A stretch of DNA of 64,000 bases, taken from positions 17,704-81,703 of IMG/VR virus record IMGVR_UViG_3300035682_000017. One strand, 5' to 3'. Below, piece by piece: positions 1 through 8,632 of this stretch (position 1 is its first letter; every line of letters begins with the position of its first letter). The DNA comes from a virus. The notes beneath the pieces were generated by a model. It worked only from the letters and a program-made list of their open reading frames with translations. It made no database searches and had not been told where the DNA came from. The position numbers and the translations under genes were made by a program.

Positions 1-2076
1 GATGAGTTAGAAGAAACTGCATTTAGAGATATGCTTGTAACTGATTCTGAATTTTGGCATTATAGAATGTTTGATACAGACTATGCTGTAGAAGTTTTAA
101 ATCCACCATTGACATTTTATCATAAGTCACCAAATGTTCAATACATATCCCAAGCAAACTGGGCTGGTTATATTGAAATGCTTACTATAGCAGATGTTAT
201 AGACAAGTATGGTTACATTATGGATGATGAACAAATTCAAACATTGGAATTATTACACCCAGCACGTTCTGCAAGAAACATGATGGATGGTATTCCTAAT
301 GATGGTTCACTATACAACAGTGACACATCCTATGAGCAAAATAGAAAATCAGGTGTAGATATGAAACGCCACTTGTCTTTCTTGGATAATCATTATGATA
401 CACATGATATTGTTTCTTGGATTGTAGGACAAAGTGAACATACAGGATTATTAAATAATGCAGGTATGTTGCGTGTTACTACAGCCTATTGGAAAACACA
501 ACGTAAAGTTGGATTGCTTACATCTATTGCTGAAGACGGTTCAGTTTTTTCTGATATTGTTGATGAAACATTTAAAATGGCAAACAAGCCTGTTTACAAC
601 AACACATTTAATAAAAACAAAGTTGCTGAAAATTTAATTTTTGGTGATCATATTGAATGGATGTGGATTAATCAAGCTTGGGGTGGTGTTAAAATTGGTA
701 ACAACCGTACAATTTTTAACTCAACTACTGATTCTGATTTTGATCCATTGTATATTGGTATAGATGCAAAAAAACCAGGACCTCTTAAATTTCAATTTAA
801 AAGTGATTCTTCAATGTATGGTTGTAAATTACCAATTGAAGGAAGAGTCTTTTCTGATAGAAATAGTAAATCAATGTCAATGGTTGATTTATTAAAACCT
901 TCTCAAATTGGATTTAACATAGTTAATAACCAAATCTCCGACATTCTTATTGATGAGATTGGAACTGTTGTTGTACTTGACCAAAATGCATTACCAAAGC
1001 ATTCTATGGGTGAAGACTGGGGGAAAGGTAACTTAGCCAAAGCATATGTAGCAATGAAAGATTTTTCAATGCTTCCATTGGATACAAGTATTTCCAATAC
1101 AGAAAGTGCTACAAACTTCCAGCATTACCAACAATTAAATCTTGAGCAAACAAATAGATTGATGTCAAGAATACAACTGGCAAACTATTTCAAGCAACAA
1201 GCAATGGAAATTATTGGTTTGAGTCCTCAAAGACTTGGAATGCAACTTGGACAAATCAATACAGCTACTGGAGTAGAACAAGCAGTTGCTGCATCTTATG
1301 TACAAACTGAAGTTTACTTTGCTCAACACTGTGATCAACTTATGCCTAGAGTGCATCAAATGAGAACGGATGTTGCTCAATTTTATCACTCAACAATAGA
1401 TACTGTTAAACTCAAAGGAATGATTTCTTCTGATGAAAGAACAAACTTTGAAATTAACGGAACTGATTTATTACTTGCTGACCTTAATGTATTTTGTGCT
1501 ACAAATGCTAATCAAAGAACTATACTTGAAAATTTAAAACAGTTGTTCATGACTAACAATACATCTGGAGCAAGTGTATATGATTTAGGTAGAATGATGC
1601 AAACTGATTCAATAGGAACATTAAACACTGTTCTTAAAAATATTGAAATCAAGGGAGAAGAGCTTCGTCAACAACAAGCTGCTCATGAGAAAGAAATGCA
1701 AGAAGCTGAAATTAAAGCTAAACAACAAGAAAAACAACTTGCTTTTGATCATGAATCCAGAGAGAAAGAAAAAGACCGTAGAGCACGTTTACTTGAAGCT
1801 GAAATCAAATCTGCAGGATATGGTTCAATGCAAGACATTAATAAAAACGAAGAGTCTGATTATGTTGATGCCTTAAAGGTTGTTAAAGATTCTGAACAAT
1901 ACCAGGATACTATGAACTTCAATAGAGAAAAAGAATCAAGCAAATCTAATATAGCACAACAAAAAATTGACTTGGACCGTGAAAAATTAATGGCTGATCA
2001 AAGAAACAAACAGTTAGAGTTTGCAATTGCTAGAGAAAATAAAAATAAATATGATCAGAAAAAACCTAATAAATAA
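1..2076 (+). CDS. Portal protein, crAss-like (5'-truncated; frame open from base 1)
   Basis: Frame 1 is open from position 1 (DELEETAFRDMLVTDSEFWH). Motifs LRVTTAYWKTQRKVG, WMWINQAWGGVKIG, LSPQRLG and a long C-terminal coiled coil resemble crAss portals. Lies upstream of scaffold and MCP. Confidence 0.85.
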   Translation, partial: DELEETAFRDMLVTDSEFWHYRMFDTDYAVEVLNPPLTFYHKSPNVQYISQANWAGYIEMLTIADVIDKYGYIMDDEQIQTLELLHPARSARNMMDGIPNDGSLYNSDTSYEQNRKSGVDMKRHLSFLDNHYDTHDIVSWIVGQSEHTGLLNNAGMLRVTTAYWKTQRKVGLLTSIAEDGSVFSDIVDETFKMANKPVYNNTFNKNKVAENLIFGDHIEWMWINQAWGGVKIGNNRTIFNSTTDSDFDPLYIGIDAKKPGPLKFQFKSDSSMYGCKLPIEGRVFSDRNSKSMSMVDLLKPSQIGFNIVNNQISDILIDEIGTVVVLDQNALPKHSMGEDWGKGNLAKAYVAMKDFSMLPLDTSISNTESATNFQHYQQLNLEQTNRLMSRIQLANYFKQQAMEIIGLSPQRLGMQLGQINTATGVEQAVAASYVQTEVYFAQHCDQLMPRVHQMRTDVAQFYHSTIDTVKLKGMISSDERTNFEINGTDLLLADLNVFCATNANQRTILENLKQLFMTNNTSGASVYDLGRMMQTDSIGTLNTVLKNIEIKGEELRQQQAAHEKEMQEAEIKAKQQEKQLAFDHESREKEKDRRARLLEAEIKSAGYGSMQDINKNEESDYVDALKVVKDSEQYQDTMNFNREKESSKSNIAQQKIDLDREKLMADQRNKQLEFAIARENKNKYDQKKPNK

Positions 2077-2160
2077 TGAAATAGTATTTTTTAGCCATAT
2101 ACTGCATAAAAATTAGTTTAAACCTAAAAATAGTTAAATATATTATGTTTAAAATAAGAT

Positions 2161-2180
2161 ATTTTTGCTTATATTATATA
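2161..2180 (+). promoter_or_regulatory. Putative phage late promoter (T-tract + TATATTA at 2170-2176)
   Basis: Same core recurs in intergenic gaps at 8594, 11509, 22466 and 29531. Confidence 0.5.
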
Positions 2181-2182
2181 TA

Positions 2183-2212
2183 GTCAGTTATTAACCAAAC
2201 CAACCAACCAAC
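2183..2212 (+). promoter_or_regulatory. 5' leader element GTCAG...AAACCAACC with AACC repeats
   Basis: gtcag at 2183-2187 and aaaccaacc at 2197-2205, directly before ATG 2213. Same bipartite motif at 5476-5493. Confidence 0.55.
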
Positions 2213-3463
2213 ATGACAGAAGAAGAAAAAATCGCAGCAGCGGCTGCAGCCACTTCAGGCATTGAAGAGGTAGACTTTGACAACTTAGATGATCTGCTAG
2301 GAATTTCATCTTCAGTACTTACACCTGAAGAAAAACCACAAACTGTTTTGTCATCAGCTAGAGTGGATTTAGACTTTTTAGATGATGAGGATAGTGAAAA
2401 AGGTTTAGAAAACGCTTCTCAAGAAAAACTTGAAAGTGTAGTTTCTGATTTAGTTGACAACGCAGATCAAGATGACCAAGAAGATCAAACAGTAAATAAA
2501 GGTGGTAGACCAAAACTTGTAAAAGATGCAATGGTTGAAGCTGCTACTAGAATGATTGAAAAAGGAATCTTACAGCCATTTGATGATGATAAACTTTTAT
2601 CTGATTATACAGTAGAAGATTTTGAAGAATTGATTCAGGCTAACATTGAAAGTAAAGTAACAACTACTGCACAAGTTGCACCAGTTGAATTATTCAAAAC
2701 TTTACCACAAGATGTGCAAGCGGTTGTTAAGTACGCATTAGATGGAGGCCAAGATACTAAAGCGGTATTCCAACAGTTAGCAAAAGTTAATGAAACTTTT
2801 GACTTAGATGTTGAAGATGAAACAGATCAAGAGCAGATTATTCGTGAATGGTATAATGCTTTAGGTACATATGATTCAGTAGAGGAACTTGAAGATGAAC
2901 TTAATATCATAAAAGATAGAGGGGATTTAAGAAAGTATGCTGAAAGATATAAACCAAAGTTAGATGCCAAACAAGCTGAAATTGTTGAGAAAAAACTTAA
3001 AGAGCAAAACTTAGCAAAAGAACGCAAAGAAAAAGCAGCGGAACAGTACAGAGGTACTATAGCAAATACATTAAATGCAACACACTTGAATGGATTACCA
3101 CTTACGGAAAAAGTTCAAAACATGTTGTATTACGGTTTAGTTGATGCTAGTAGATACCAAAATGCAGAAGGTAGACAAACCAATGCATTAGGGTTTTTAT
3201 TAGAACAACATCAATTTGGACCAAAACCAAATCCTTCATTAGTAGCTGAAGCGTTATGGTTACTTGCTGATCCTGAAGATTACAGAACTGCTATTAAAAA
3301 AACTGTGGAGAAATCTACAAATGAAAAAACAGCACGTATGTTAAGAACAGAACAAGCATCAAGTAAACAAGCATCAAGTTCTAGTATAGAAGGTGAGAGA
3401 GGGCAAACACAAACTAGGAAGCAACCAATACAGCGACCTAACAGAAACATTTTCTCAAGATAA
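2213..3463 (+). CDS. Putative capsid scaffolding/assembly protein
   Basis: Very acidic N-terminus, helical/coiled-coil body, basic C-terminal tail (RPNRNIFSR). Sits between portal and MCP, as in crAss-like phages. Confidence 0.65.
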   Translation: MTEEEKIAAAAAATSGIEEVDFDNLDDLLGISSSVLTPEEKPQTVLSSARVDLDFLDDEDSEKGLENASQEKLESVVSDLVDNADQDDQEDQTVNKGGRPKLVKDAMVEAATRMIEKGILQPFDDDKLLSDYTVEDFEELIQANIESKVTTTAQVAPVELFKTLPQDVQAVVKYALDGGQDTKAVFQQLAKVNETFDLDVEDETDQEQIIREWYNALGTYDSVEELEDELNIIKDRGDLRKYAERYKPKLDAKQAEIVEKKLKEQNLAKERKEKAAEQYRGTIANTLNATHLNGLPLTEKVQNMLYYGLVDASRYQNAEGRQTNALGFLLEQHQFGPKPNPSLVAEALWLLADPEDYRTAIKKTVEKSTNEKTARMLRTEQASSKQASSSSIEGERGQTQTRKQPIQRPNRNIFSR

Positions 3464-3468
3464 ATTTG
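3461..3468 (+). promoter_or_regulatory. Bacteroidota -7 promoter-like box TAAATTTG upstream of MCP
   Basis: Matches TAnnTTTG, 23 nt before the MCP ATG. It overlaps a stop codon in AT-rich DNA, so chance is possible. Confidence 0.3.
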
Positions 3469-3491
3469 TAACAATTAAATAAATAAATAAA

Positions 3492-5108
3492 ATGAGTACA
3501 CCAGTTTTAAATAACGGACTCTTATTAAGAGAGAACAGTTATCAAGCTTCTTCTCACGTTGATTCATTTCACTTGATGAATTTGATGAAAGATGCTCAAC
3601 CAGATGATTTAGGTCCAATTGAATTATGGGCTCAAGTTAAGAAAGTTGAGATGCCTTTGTATAAAATGTCATCATTCAATGGAAAAAACGTAATTGAAGT
3701 AAACCACCCAAGAGGTGAATACAAGTGGAGCACACCTGTATCTGAAGAATTACCATACATTGTTGAAAACATTGAAGCTGGTCTTAATTTAGGTGAAGAT
3801 GGAACTCCATTCCGTATTAAATTAAACAAACGTGTTTTTGGTCACGGTGACATCATCACTTATGATAAATTCAATGGTATTGAGTTATTCATTACTGATG
3901 CTGACATCCTTGATGTAGGTGATGGATTTATCTACACAGTACAAATGCCTAATTTAGATTCTACAAGAGTTTTCCCAGCGGATAAATTCTTAACATCTCA
4001 AACTTATTTCTTTAGAGTAGGTTCTGCAAAAGGTGAGTACGGTGAGAAATATTCTGATCTTTCTATGACTCACTCAACACGTGAGTTCTACAACTACGTA
4101 GGTAATGCTGATGCACACGTACATTACACAGTTTCTAATCGCGTTAAGTTGATGGAAATGGGTGGTATGAAAGCTGATGGTTCAGTTCCTGTAGTTGAGA
4201 TTTGGAAAAACTTTGATACAAATGTTGATCCATCTGTGAACACTTTAGAAGGAATGGTTGCATCTAAAGGTAAAGATTACGTTAAAAAATCAATTGATAA
4301 CGGAAATCTTGTTAGATCTTTCATCACTAAAATGGAAGCAGCTCACCTTTCTAAAATTGCTTATGATATTGAAACTTACCTTATGTGGGGTAAAGGTGGT
4401 CGTATCAAGCAAGATGGACCAGATGATTTACGTTTATCAGTTGGACTTTGGAAACAATTAGATTTGTCTTTCAAACATGTTTACAACAAAGCTGATTTCC
4501 GTTTAGATGTATTCCGTTCTGAAATTTTCAATTTCTACAATGGTAAAGTTGATTTCCAAGGACCAGATCCAAGCCGTGAACTTATTGTTCAAACAGGTAT
4601 GGGAGGTATGCGTTTAATCAATGAAGCTATTAAGCGTGAAGCAATGTCTTCTGGTTTAGTTATGAATGCTAAAGAATTAGGAGCAGTAACTAATCAAGGA
4701 ATGGATTTAGGATTTGGATTCTCTTTCACATCTTACACAATTCCTTTCTTAGCAAACATCAAGTTTGTATTGAACCCTGCGTTTGATAACTTACAAAACA
4801 ATGAGATTGAAAATCCATTGATTGATGGTTACAGATTATCTTCTTATTCCTTCATCGTATTTGATGTTACTGAAAATGGTTCAGACAACATTAAATTATT
4901 GAAATGTGCTTGGAATAAAGAATTACAATGGAGATATGTAAATGGTACTATGGATTATATGGGAAGATCTCAAGGATTCCAATCTTCAGGTAACTTTAAT
5001 GGATACCAAATCTACATGACACAGGCTATGCCAGCGATCAAAGTAGAAGATCCAACTAAAGTATTGAAAATTGTTATGAGAAACCCATTAACAGGTGGTT
5101 CATTATAA
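3492..5108 (+). CDS. Major capsid protein (crAss-like, HK97 fold)
   Basis: 538 aa. Motifs SHVDSFHL, EYKW, LMWGKGG, GLWKQL, QTGMGGM and C-terminal VEDPTK..KIVMRNP. Codon bias of a highly expressed gene (cgt, ttc, tac, aac). Followed by a terminator. Confidence 0.88.
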   Translation: MSTPVLNNGLLLRENSYQASSHVDSFHLMNLMKDAQPDDLGPIELWAQVKKVEMPLYKMSSFNGKNVIEVNHPRGEYKWSTPVSEELPYIVENIEAGLNLGEDGTPFRIKLNKRVFGHGDIITYDKFNGIELFITDADILDVGDGFIYTVQMPNLDSTRVFPADKFLTSQTYFFRVGSAKGEYGEKYSDLSMTHSTREFYNYVGNADAHVHYTVSNRVKLMEMGGMKADGSVPVVEIWKNFDTNVDPSVNTLEGMVASKGKDYVKKSIDNGNLVRSFITKMEAAHLSKIAYDIETYLMWGKGGRIKQDGPDDLRLSVGLWKQLDLSFKHVYNKADFRLDVFRSEIFNFYNGKVDFQGPDPSRELIVQTGMGGMRLINEAIKREAMSSGLVMNAKELGAVTNQGMDLGFGFSFTSYTIPFLANIKFVLNPAFDNLQNNEIENPLIDGYRLSSYSFIVFDVTENGSDNIKLLKCAWNKELQWRYVNGTMDYMGRSQGFQSSGNFNGYQIYMTQAMPAIKVEDPTKVLKIVMRNPLTGGSL

Positions 5109-5116
5109 TATTAACT

Positions 5117-5162
5117 AAAAGAAGGAGTTAGTCAGGCAACCCCCTGGCTACTCCTTTTTTTT
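5117..5162 (+). terminator. Rho-independent terminator after MCP
   Basis: aaggag-t-tagtcagg / cctggcta-ctcctt stem followed by a T8 tract. Confidence 0.85.
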
Positions 5163-5174
5163 AATACTTTAATT

Positions 5175-5429
5175 ATGTCAATTATATTATTTAAAGCCGA
5201 AAGTCCAGATCCAACTTTACAAAAAAGAAATTATGAAGAAGGTCAACTTGCACGTTTAGCTCATGTAAATGAATTAGCCGATCAAATTAAATCTCAAATT
5301 TCTAAAATTGAAAAATTGGGTGATACTGTTAGTTTAACAACAGCGTGGACAACATCTCAACCAATAGTTGAATCTAGGTTAGATGCTATTGAAGCAAAAT
5401 TAGATGCTATTATAACAGCATTATCATAA
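5175..5429 (+). CDS. Small putative head decoration/fibre protein (84 aa)
   Basis: N-terminal FKAESPDP..L...LARLAHVN motif and C-terminal heptad coil (RLDAIEAKLDAIITAL). Lies between two terminators right after MCP. Confidence 0.5.
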   Translation: MSIILFKAESPDPTLQKRNYEEGQLARLAHVNELADQIKSQISKIEKLGDTVSLTTAWTTSQPIVESRLDAIEAKLDAIITALS

Positions 5430-5435
5430 ATTAAG

Positions 5436-5469
5436 AAAAGCAGTTCTAATAGTTTAGAACTGCTTTTTT
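5436..5469 (+). terminator. Rho-independent terminator (possibly bidirectional)
   Basis: Perfect 14-bp stem aaaagcagttctaa / ttagaactgctttt, loop tagt, T tract. Confidence 0.85.
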
Positions 5470-5471
5470 AT

Positions 5472-5496
5472 TAAATTTGTCAGTAAACCAACCAAC
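5472..5496 (+). promoter_or_regulatory. TAAATTTG (-7 box-like) plus leader element TTTGTCAG-T-AAACCAACC
   Basis: TAnnTTTG at 5472-5479 just after a terminator. aaaccaacc at 5485-5493 upstream of ATG 5505. Confidence 0.5.
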
Positions 5497-5504
5497 TATT
5501 AATT

Positions 5505-6491
5505 ATGACACAAAATTTAAAACCTGGAAAAGTACGCGTTAAGGCATACTGTGATCCAACAAATGAAAACATGGGTTTAGAAAATTACAACTATGTTGTA
5601 TTTCCAAACACATTTCAAGTAGAAAGTTTAGCGGCAGTTGAACAAAACGGAAAGGTTATTTATTTAACAGGGTTAAATGAATTTGCTCCATTTGTGAAAT
5701 CTATTAAAGATGAACAAAAAAGAACCGCAGTAATTAAAGACATCAGAGAAACTGTTGCATTACTTGAAAGAGAAAGAGGCTTTAATGATATTAAAACCGA
5801 TGACAAAGACTTCTGGGCTAAAGTGCAAACCTTTAAGTCAGACAATGCTGAAGTATTCGGTACAATGAATTTAAGATTAGGAAATGATGATTTAATTTTG
5901 GATACACAAAATTTAGATCACGTGTTAATCATTAAAGCTATTGAAGGTGGAGGTTTTTCACTTGTTGCTTCTTCTTATGAAGATGCTAGAAGATTTGGAA
6001 AAAAATGGTACTTGGATAGACAAATAGATACAGTAGCAAGTAAAATTTCTGTTACTAAATTACGTAACAAAGCTTTATCTATTTTAGCTTCTATATCAGA
6101 TGACAATCCAAGAAAACTATATTACATTGCTAAAAATGCAGATGGAAACAGCATTCAGTATAACAATAGAACATTAGCAGATGTTGTTTATGATAACATG
6201 GATAAATTCATTAATGGTTTAGGTCATGAAGGTGATAAAAAAAGAGCTGCACAATTCTTTATTGATTTGTCTGAATTAAGTAATGAGGAACTTAAATTAA
6301 AAGCTGTTATTAAAGATGCAATTTATTATAAATTTATTGCTTCAAAATCTGATGGCGTTTTATATGAAGTTTCTAAAAATGTCATTATGGGTAGAAATTC
6401 TGCAGAAGTGTTAGAGTTTTTAAAGAATCCAGGTAATGATGATTTATTAGATACCTTGTTAGCTAAGGTTGAAGATGTTTGGTCAAAATAA
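5505..6491 (+). CDS. Conserved crAss-like capsid-module protein, unknown function (328 aa)
   Basis: Good ORF. C-terminal LKAVIKDAIYYKFI..GRN..EVLEFLKNP.N pattern resembles the conserved gene downstream of crAss MCP. Confidence 0.6.
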   Translation: MTQNLKPGKVRVKAYCDPTNENMGLENYNYVVFPNTFQVESLAAVEQNGKVIYLTGLNEFAPFVKSIKDEQKRTAVIKDIRETVALLERERGFNDIKTDDKDFWAKVQTFKSDNAEVFGTMNLRLGNDDLILDTQNLDHVLIIKAIEGGGFSLVASSYEDARRFGKKWYLDRQIDTVASKISVTKLRNKALSILASISDDNPRKLYYIAKNADGNSIQYNNRTLADVVYDNMDKFINGLGHEGDKKRAAQFFIDLSELSNEELKLKAVIKDAIYYKFIASKSDGVLYEVSKNVIMGRNSAEVLEFLKNPGNDDLLDTLLAKVEDVWSK

Positions 6492-6517
6492 AAAATAAAT
6501 ATAAACTAAAAATAATT

Positions 6518-6958
6518 ATGGCAACACCACTAAAACCTTCTGAAGAGTACATGTACAATTGGACAAATAGATCTGTCCTGGATTTTGCTAAAGCAATAGC
6601 TCCTGAACCAAGTGAAACAAAAGCTCTTGTAAATGTAACAACTGCAGTTAATATGCCTTTAACAACTGTAGCTAACAAAACTATTTTTAAACTTGTTACT
6701 CCTCTTGGTGATCCTAATGTTGCAAATATTAGTTTAACTAATTTAGGTGCTCAACAAATTGGTGATCAATTAATACTAATTGCTACCATAAATTCTGGAC
6801 CTAACGGAACACTTTTAAATTTTGACAATTCATTTTATTTAACTAGAGCTGGTTCAATAGTTACCTATTTGAATTTTTATTCAAATGAAACTTACAGACT
6901 TGTTATTACATTTACATATGATGGTACTAAGTTTGTTGCAACAACTGATTTTGGATAA
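6518..6958 (+). CDS. Hypothetical beta-rich protein, possible head decoration (146 aa; start revised from 6479)
   Basis: ATG 6518 has the aataatt-ATG leader typical of this genome and avoids overlap. C-terminus VITFTYDGTKFV is like phage fibre jelly-roll domains. Confidence 0.6.
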   Translation: MATPLKPSEEYMYNWTNRSVLDFAKAIAPEPSETKALVNVTTAVNMPLTTVANKTIFKLVTPLGDPNVANISLTNLGAQQIGDQLILIATINSGPNGTLLNFDNSFYLTRAGSIVTYLNFYSNETYRLVITFTYDGTKFVATTDFG

Positions 6959-6964
6959 AATATT

Positions 6965-7093
6965 ATGGCAAAGACAAAAACTACTACAAGTTCAAAAAAA
7001 TCAGATTGTGCAGAAAAGGTTAAAAAATCTTTTCAGGCAGGAATGATGATTGGTCGCAACATGAAAAAACCAGTTGACAAAAAGAAAAAGTAA
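6965..7093 (+). CDS. Small Lys-rich protein (42 aa), not in ORF track
   Basis: MAKTKTTTSSKKSDCAEKVKKSFQAGMMIGRNMKKPVDKKKK. Fills the gap and is coupled by TAATG to the next ORF. Confidence 0.7.
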   Translation: MAKTKTTTSSKKSDCAEKVKKSFQAGMMIGRNMKKPVDKKKK

Positions 7094-7260
7094 TGGCAAA
7101 GGTTAAAAAAGGTATGGGTTTTAAAGCGGCTCAAAAAAACATTGCTAGTAAACAAGGTATAAGTGAGAAAGCTGCAGGTGCAATACTTGCAGCTTCTGCT
7201 CGCAAAGCATCTCCAGCAGCCAAGGCAAAAAATCCTAATCTAAAAAAAGTTAAAGGGTAA
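7093..7260 (+). CDS. Small basic Ala/Lys-rich protein (55 aa), not in ORF track
   Basis: MAKVKKGMGFKAAQKNIASKQGISEKAAGAILAASARKASPAAKAKNPNLKKVKG. TAATG overlaps on both sides. Confidence 0.8.
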   Translation: MAKVKKGMGFKAAQKNIASKQGISEKAAGAILAASARKASPAAKAKNPNLKKVKG

Positions 7261-7958
7261 TGAATAATACTACACTTAAAATAAAAGTAAGACAAAGGCT
7301 AAATAAACTTGCTAGTAATGATTATGATAACATTACTGATTGGCAAATTGTTGAAGCTTTTAATAAAGGTACTTTGCAATGGGTTAGAAGAAACCTGCAT
7401 GGTTACAATATGCTTAAAGAAGGTGATGAGGAATCTAAAAGAAGAATGACTGATTTACAAGTTCTTCTTAAAGAAAAATCATTAAAAGTATTGAAGCATG
7501 CTATTGATTGCCATGTGGAATTACCAAATGATTTTATGGAATGGAAAAGAGTATCTGTAAAAGCTAAAGCAAATTGTTGTGATGAAAAACAAATGATTAC
7601 TTACTTGGTAAAAGAAGAAGACATTGACATCCTGTTAAAAGATTTTAATACCAAACCTAATTTCTCATGGGGAGAAACTTTATGCACATTGATTGGAAAC
7701 AAGTTAAAAGTTTATACCAATGATGAGTTTGTAGTTACTGATTTAAAATTAACATACTACAAGGTTCCAATAAAAGTTGAGTTTGGCGGTATATCAAATG
7801 CTTATACTGGTGAAATTTCTAAAAAAGAAATTGTATCTGAATTTAAAGATGATATAGTAGAAGTATTAATTGATGAAGCTGTAAAAATACTTTCTGGAGA
7901 TATTGAAAGTGTTACTGCAAATCAAATAGCTGAAAGTAGTACAGAATCTAATAATTAA
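7260..7958 (+). CDS. Putative tail ring / head-tail connector protein
   Basis: RLNKLASNDYDN, GDEESKRRMTDLQVLL, LTYYKVP and VLIDEAVKIL resemble crAss ring proteins. Synteny agrees. Confidence 0.65.
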   Translation: MNNTTLKIKVRQRLNKLASNDYDNITDWQIVEAFNKGTLQWVRRNLHGYNMLKEGDEESKRRMTDLQVLLKEKSLKVLKHAIDCHVELPNDFMEWKRVSVKAKANCCDEKQMITYLVKEEDIDILLKDFNTKPNFSWGETLCTLIGNKLKVYTNDEFVVTDLKLTYYKVPIKVEFGGISNAYTGEISKKEIVSEFKDDIVEVLIDEAVKILSGDIESVTANQIAESSTESNN

Positions 7959-7965
7959 AAATAAA

Positions 7966-8412
7966 ATGCAAAATCCTAGAAGACTCTTAACTAGAGAACC
8001 TGTTAAAAATGTTACTACTAATGTTCCAAGTAATTGTTCAGAAGCAGTATCCATGTGTGTAACAGAATTAATGAATGCAGCAGTAAGTTTTCACAAACTT
8101 CATTTAAAAGTTACTGGTTCCGGATCTTATGCCGCACACAAAGCTTTAAATGAAATATATGATGCTTTACCAGGTCATGCTGATACATTAGTTGAAGGTT
8201 ACCAAGGTGCATGTCTTTCACTTATATCCTATAGTGAATGTGCACCAAAAAGTTTAAGCACTGTAGAATCAGGAATTGCTTATGCAATGGAATTAAAGAA
8301 TATGATCAATGAACTTCAAAAAGTTATGCCGTATTCTGAAATAGTAAATGACTTAGATTTAGTGAAGTCTAATTTGAATTCACTAATGTATAAGTTAAAA
8401 TTTCTTATGTAA
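7966..8412 (+). CDS. Ferritin/Dps-like protein (DUF5856-type)
   Basis: FHKLHLKVTGSGSYAAHKALNEIYD...ADTLVEGYQG and C-terminal NDLD...YKLKFL match the Dps-like four-helix bundle pattern. Confidence 0.8.
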   Translation: MQNPRRLLTREPVKNVTTNVPSNCSEAVSMCVTELMNAAVSFHKLHLKVTGSGSYAAHKALNEIYDALPGHADTLVEGYQGACLSLISYSECAPKSLSTVESGIAYAMELKNMINELQKVMPYSEIVNDLDLVKSNLNSLMYKLKFLM

Positions 8413-8431
8413 TCTTTAAACTCAAATAAAA

Positions 8432-8569
8432 ATGGCAATGGCAAAAAAAGCAACTGCAACAAAAGGTGCAGCAGCAAAAGCAAAAGGTGCAAAACTTCCA
8501 CCTTGGTTAAAGGAAAAAGCAATTCCTAAGAAAGCAAAAGGAGGTTCAATGAAAAAAGGAGGATGTTAA
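8432..8569 (+). CDS. Small basic protein (45 aa) ending in KAKGG-SMKKGG-C, not in ORF track
   Basis: MAMAKKATATKGAAAKAKGAKLPPWLKEKAIPKKAKGGSMKKGGC, with an A-rich leader. Confidence 0.7.
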   Translation: MAMAKKATATKGAAAKAKGAKLPPWLKEKAIPKKAKGGSMKKGGC

Positions 8570-8583
8570 TTTGTTTTATTAAT

Positions 8584-8604
8584 ATTTTTTTTGTATATTA
8601 AATT
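8584..8604 (+). promoter_or_regulatory. Putative late promoter (T-tract + TATATTA 8594-8600)
   Basis: Recurrent intergenic motif, here upstream of a highly expressed-looking gene. Confidence 0.5.
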
Positions 8605-8632
8605 ATATGTTTATTAATTAAAAGTAAAAAGA

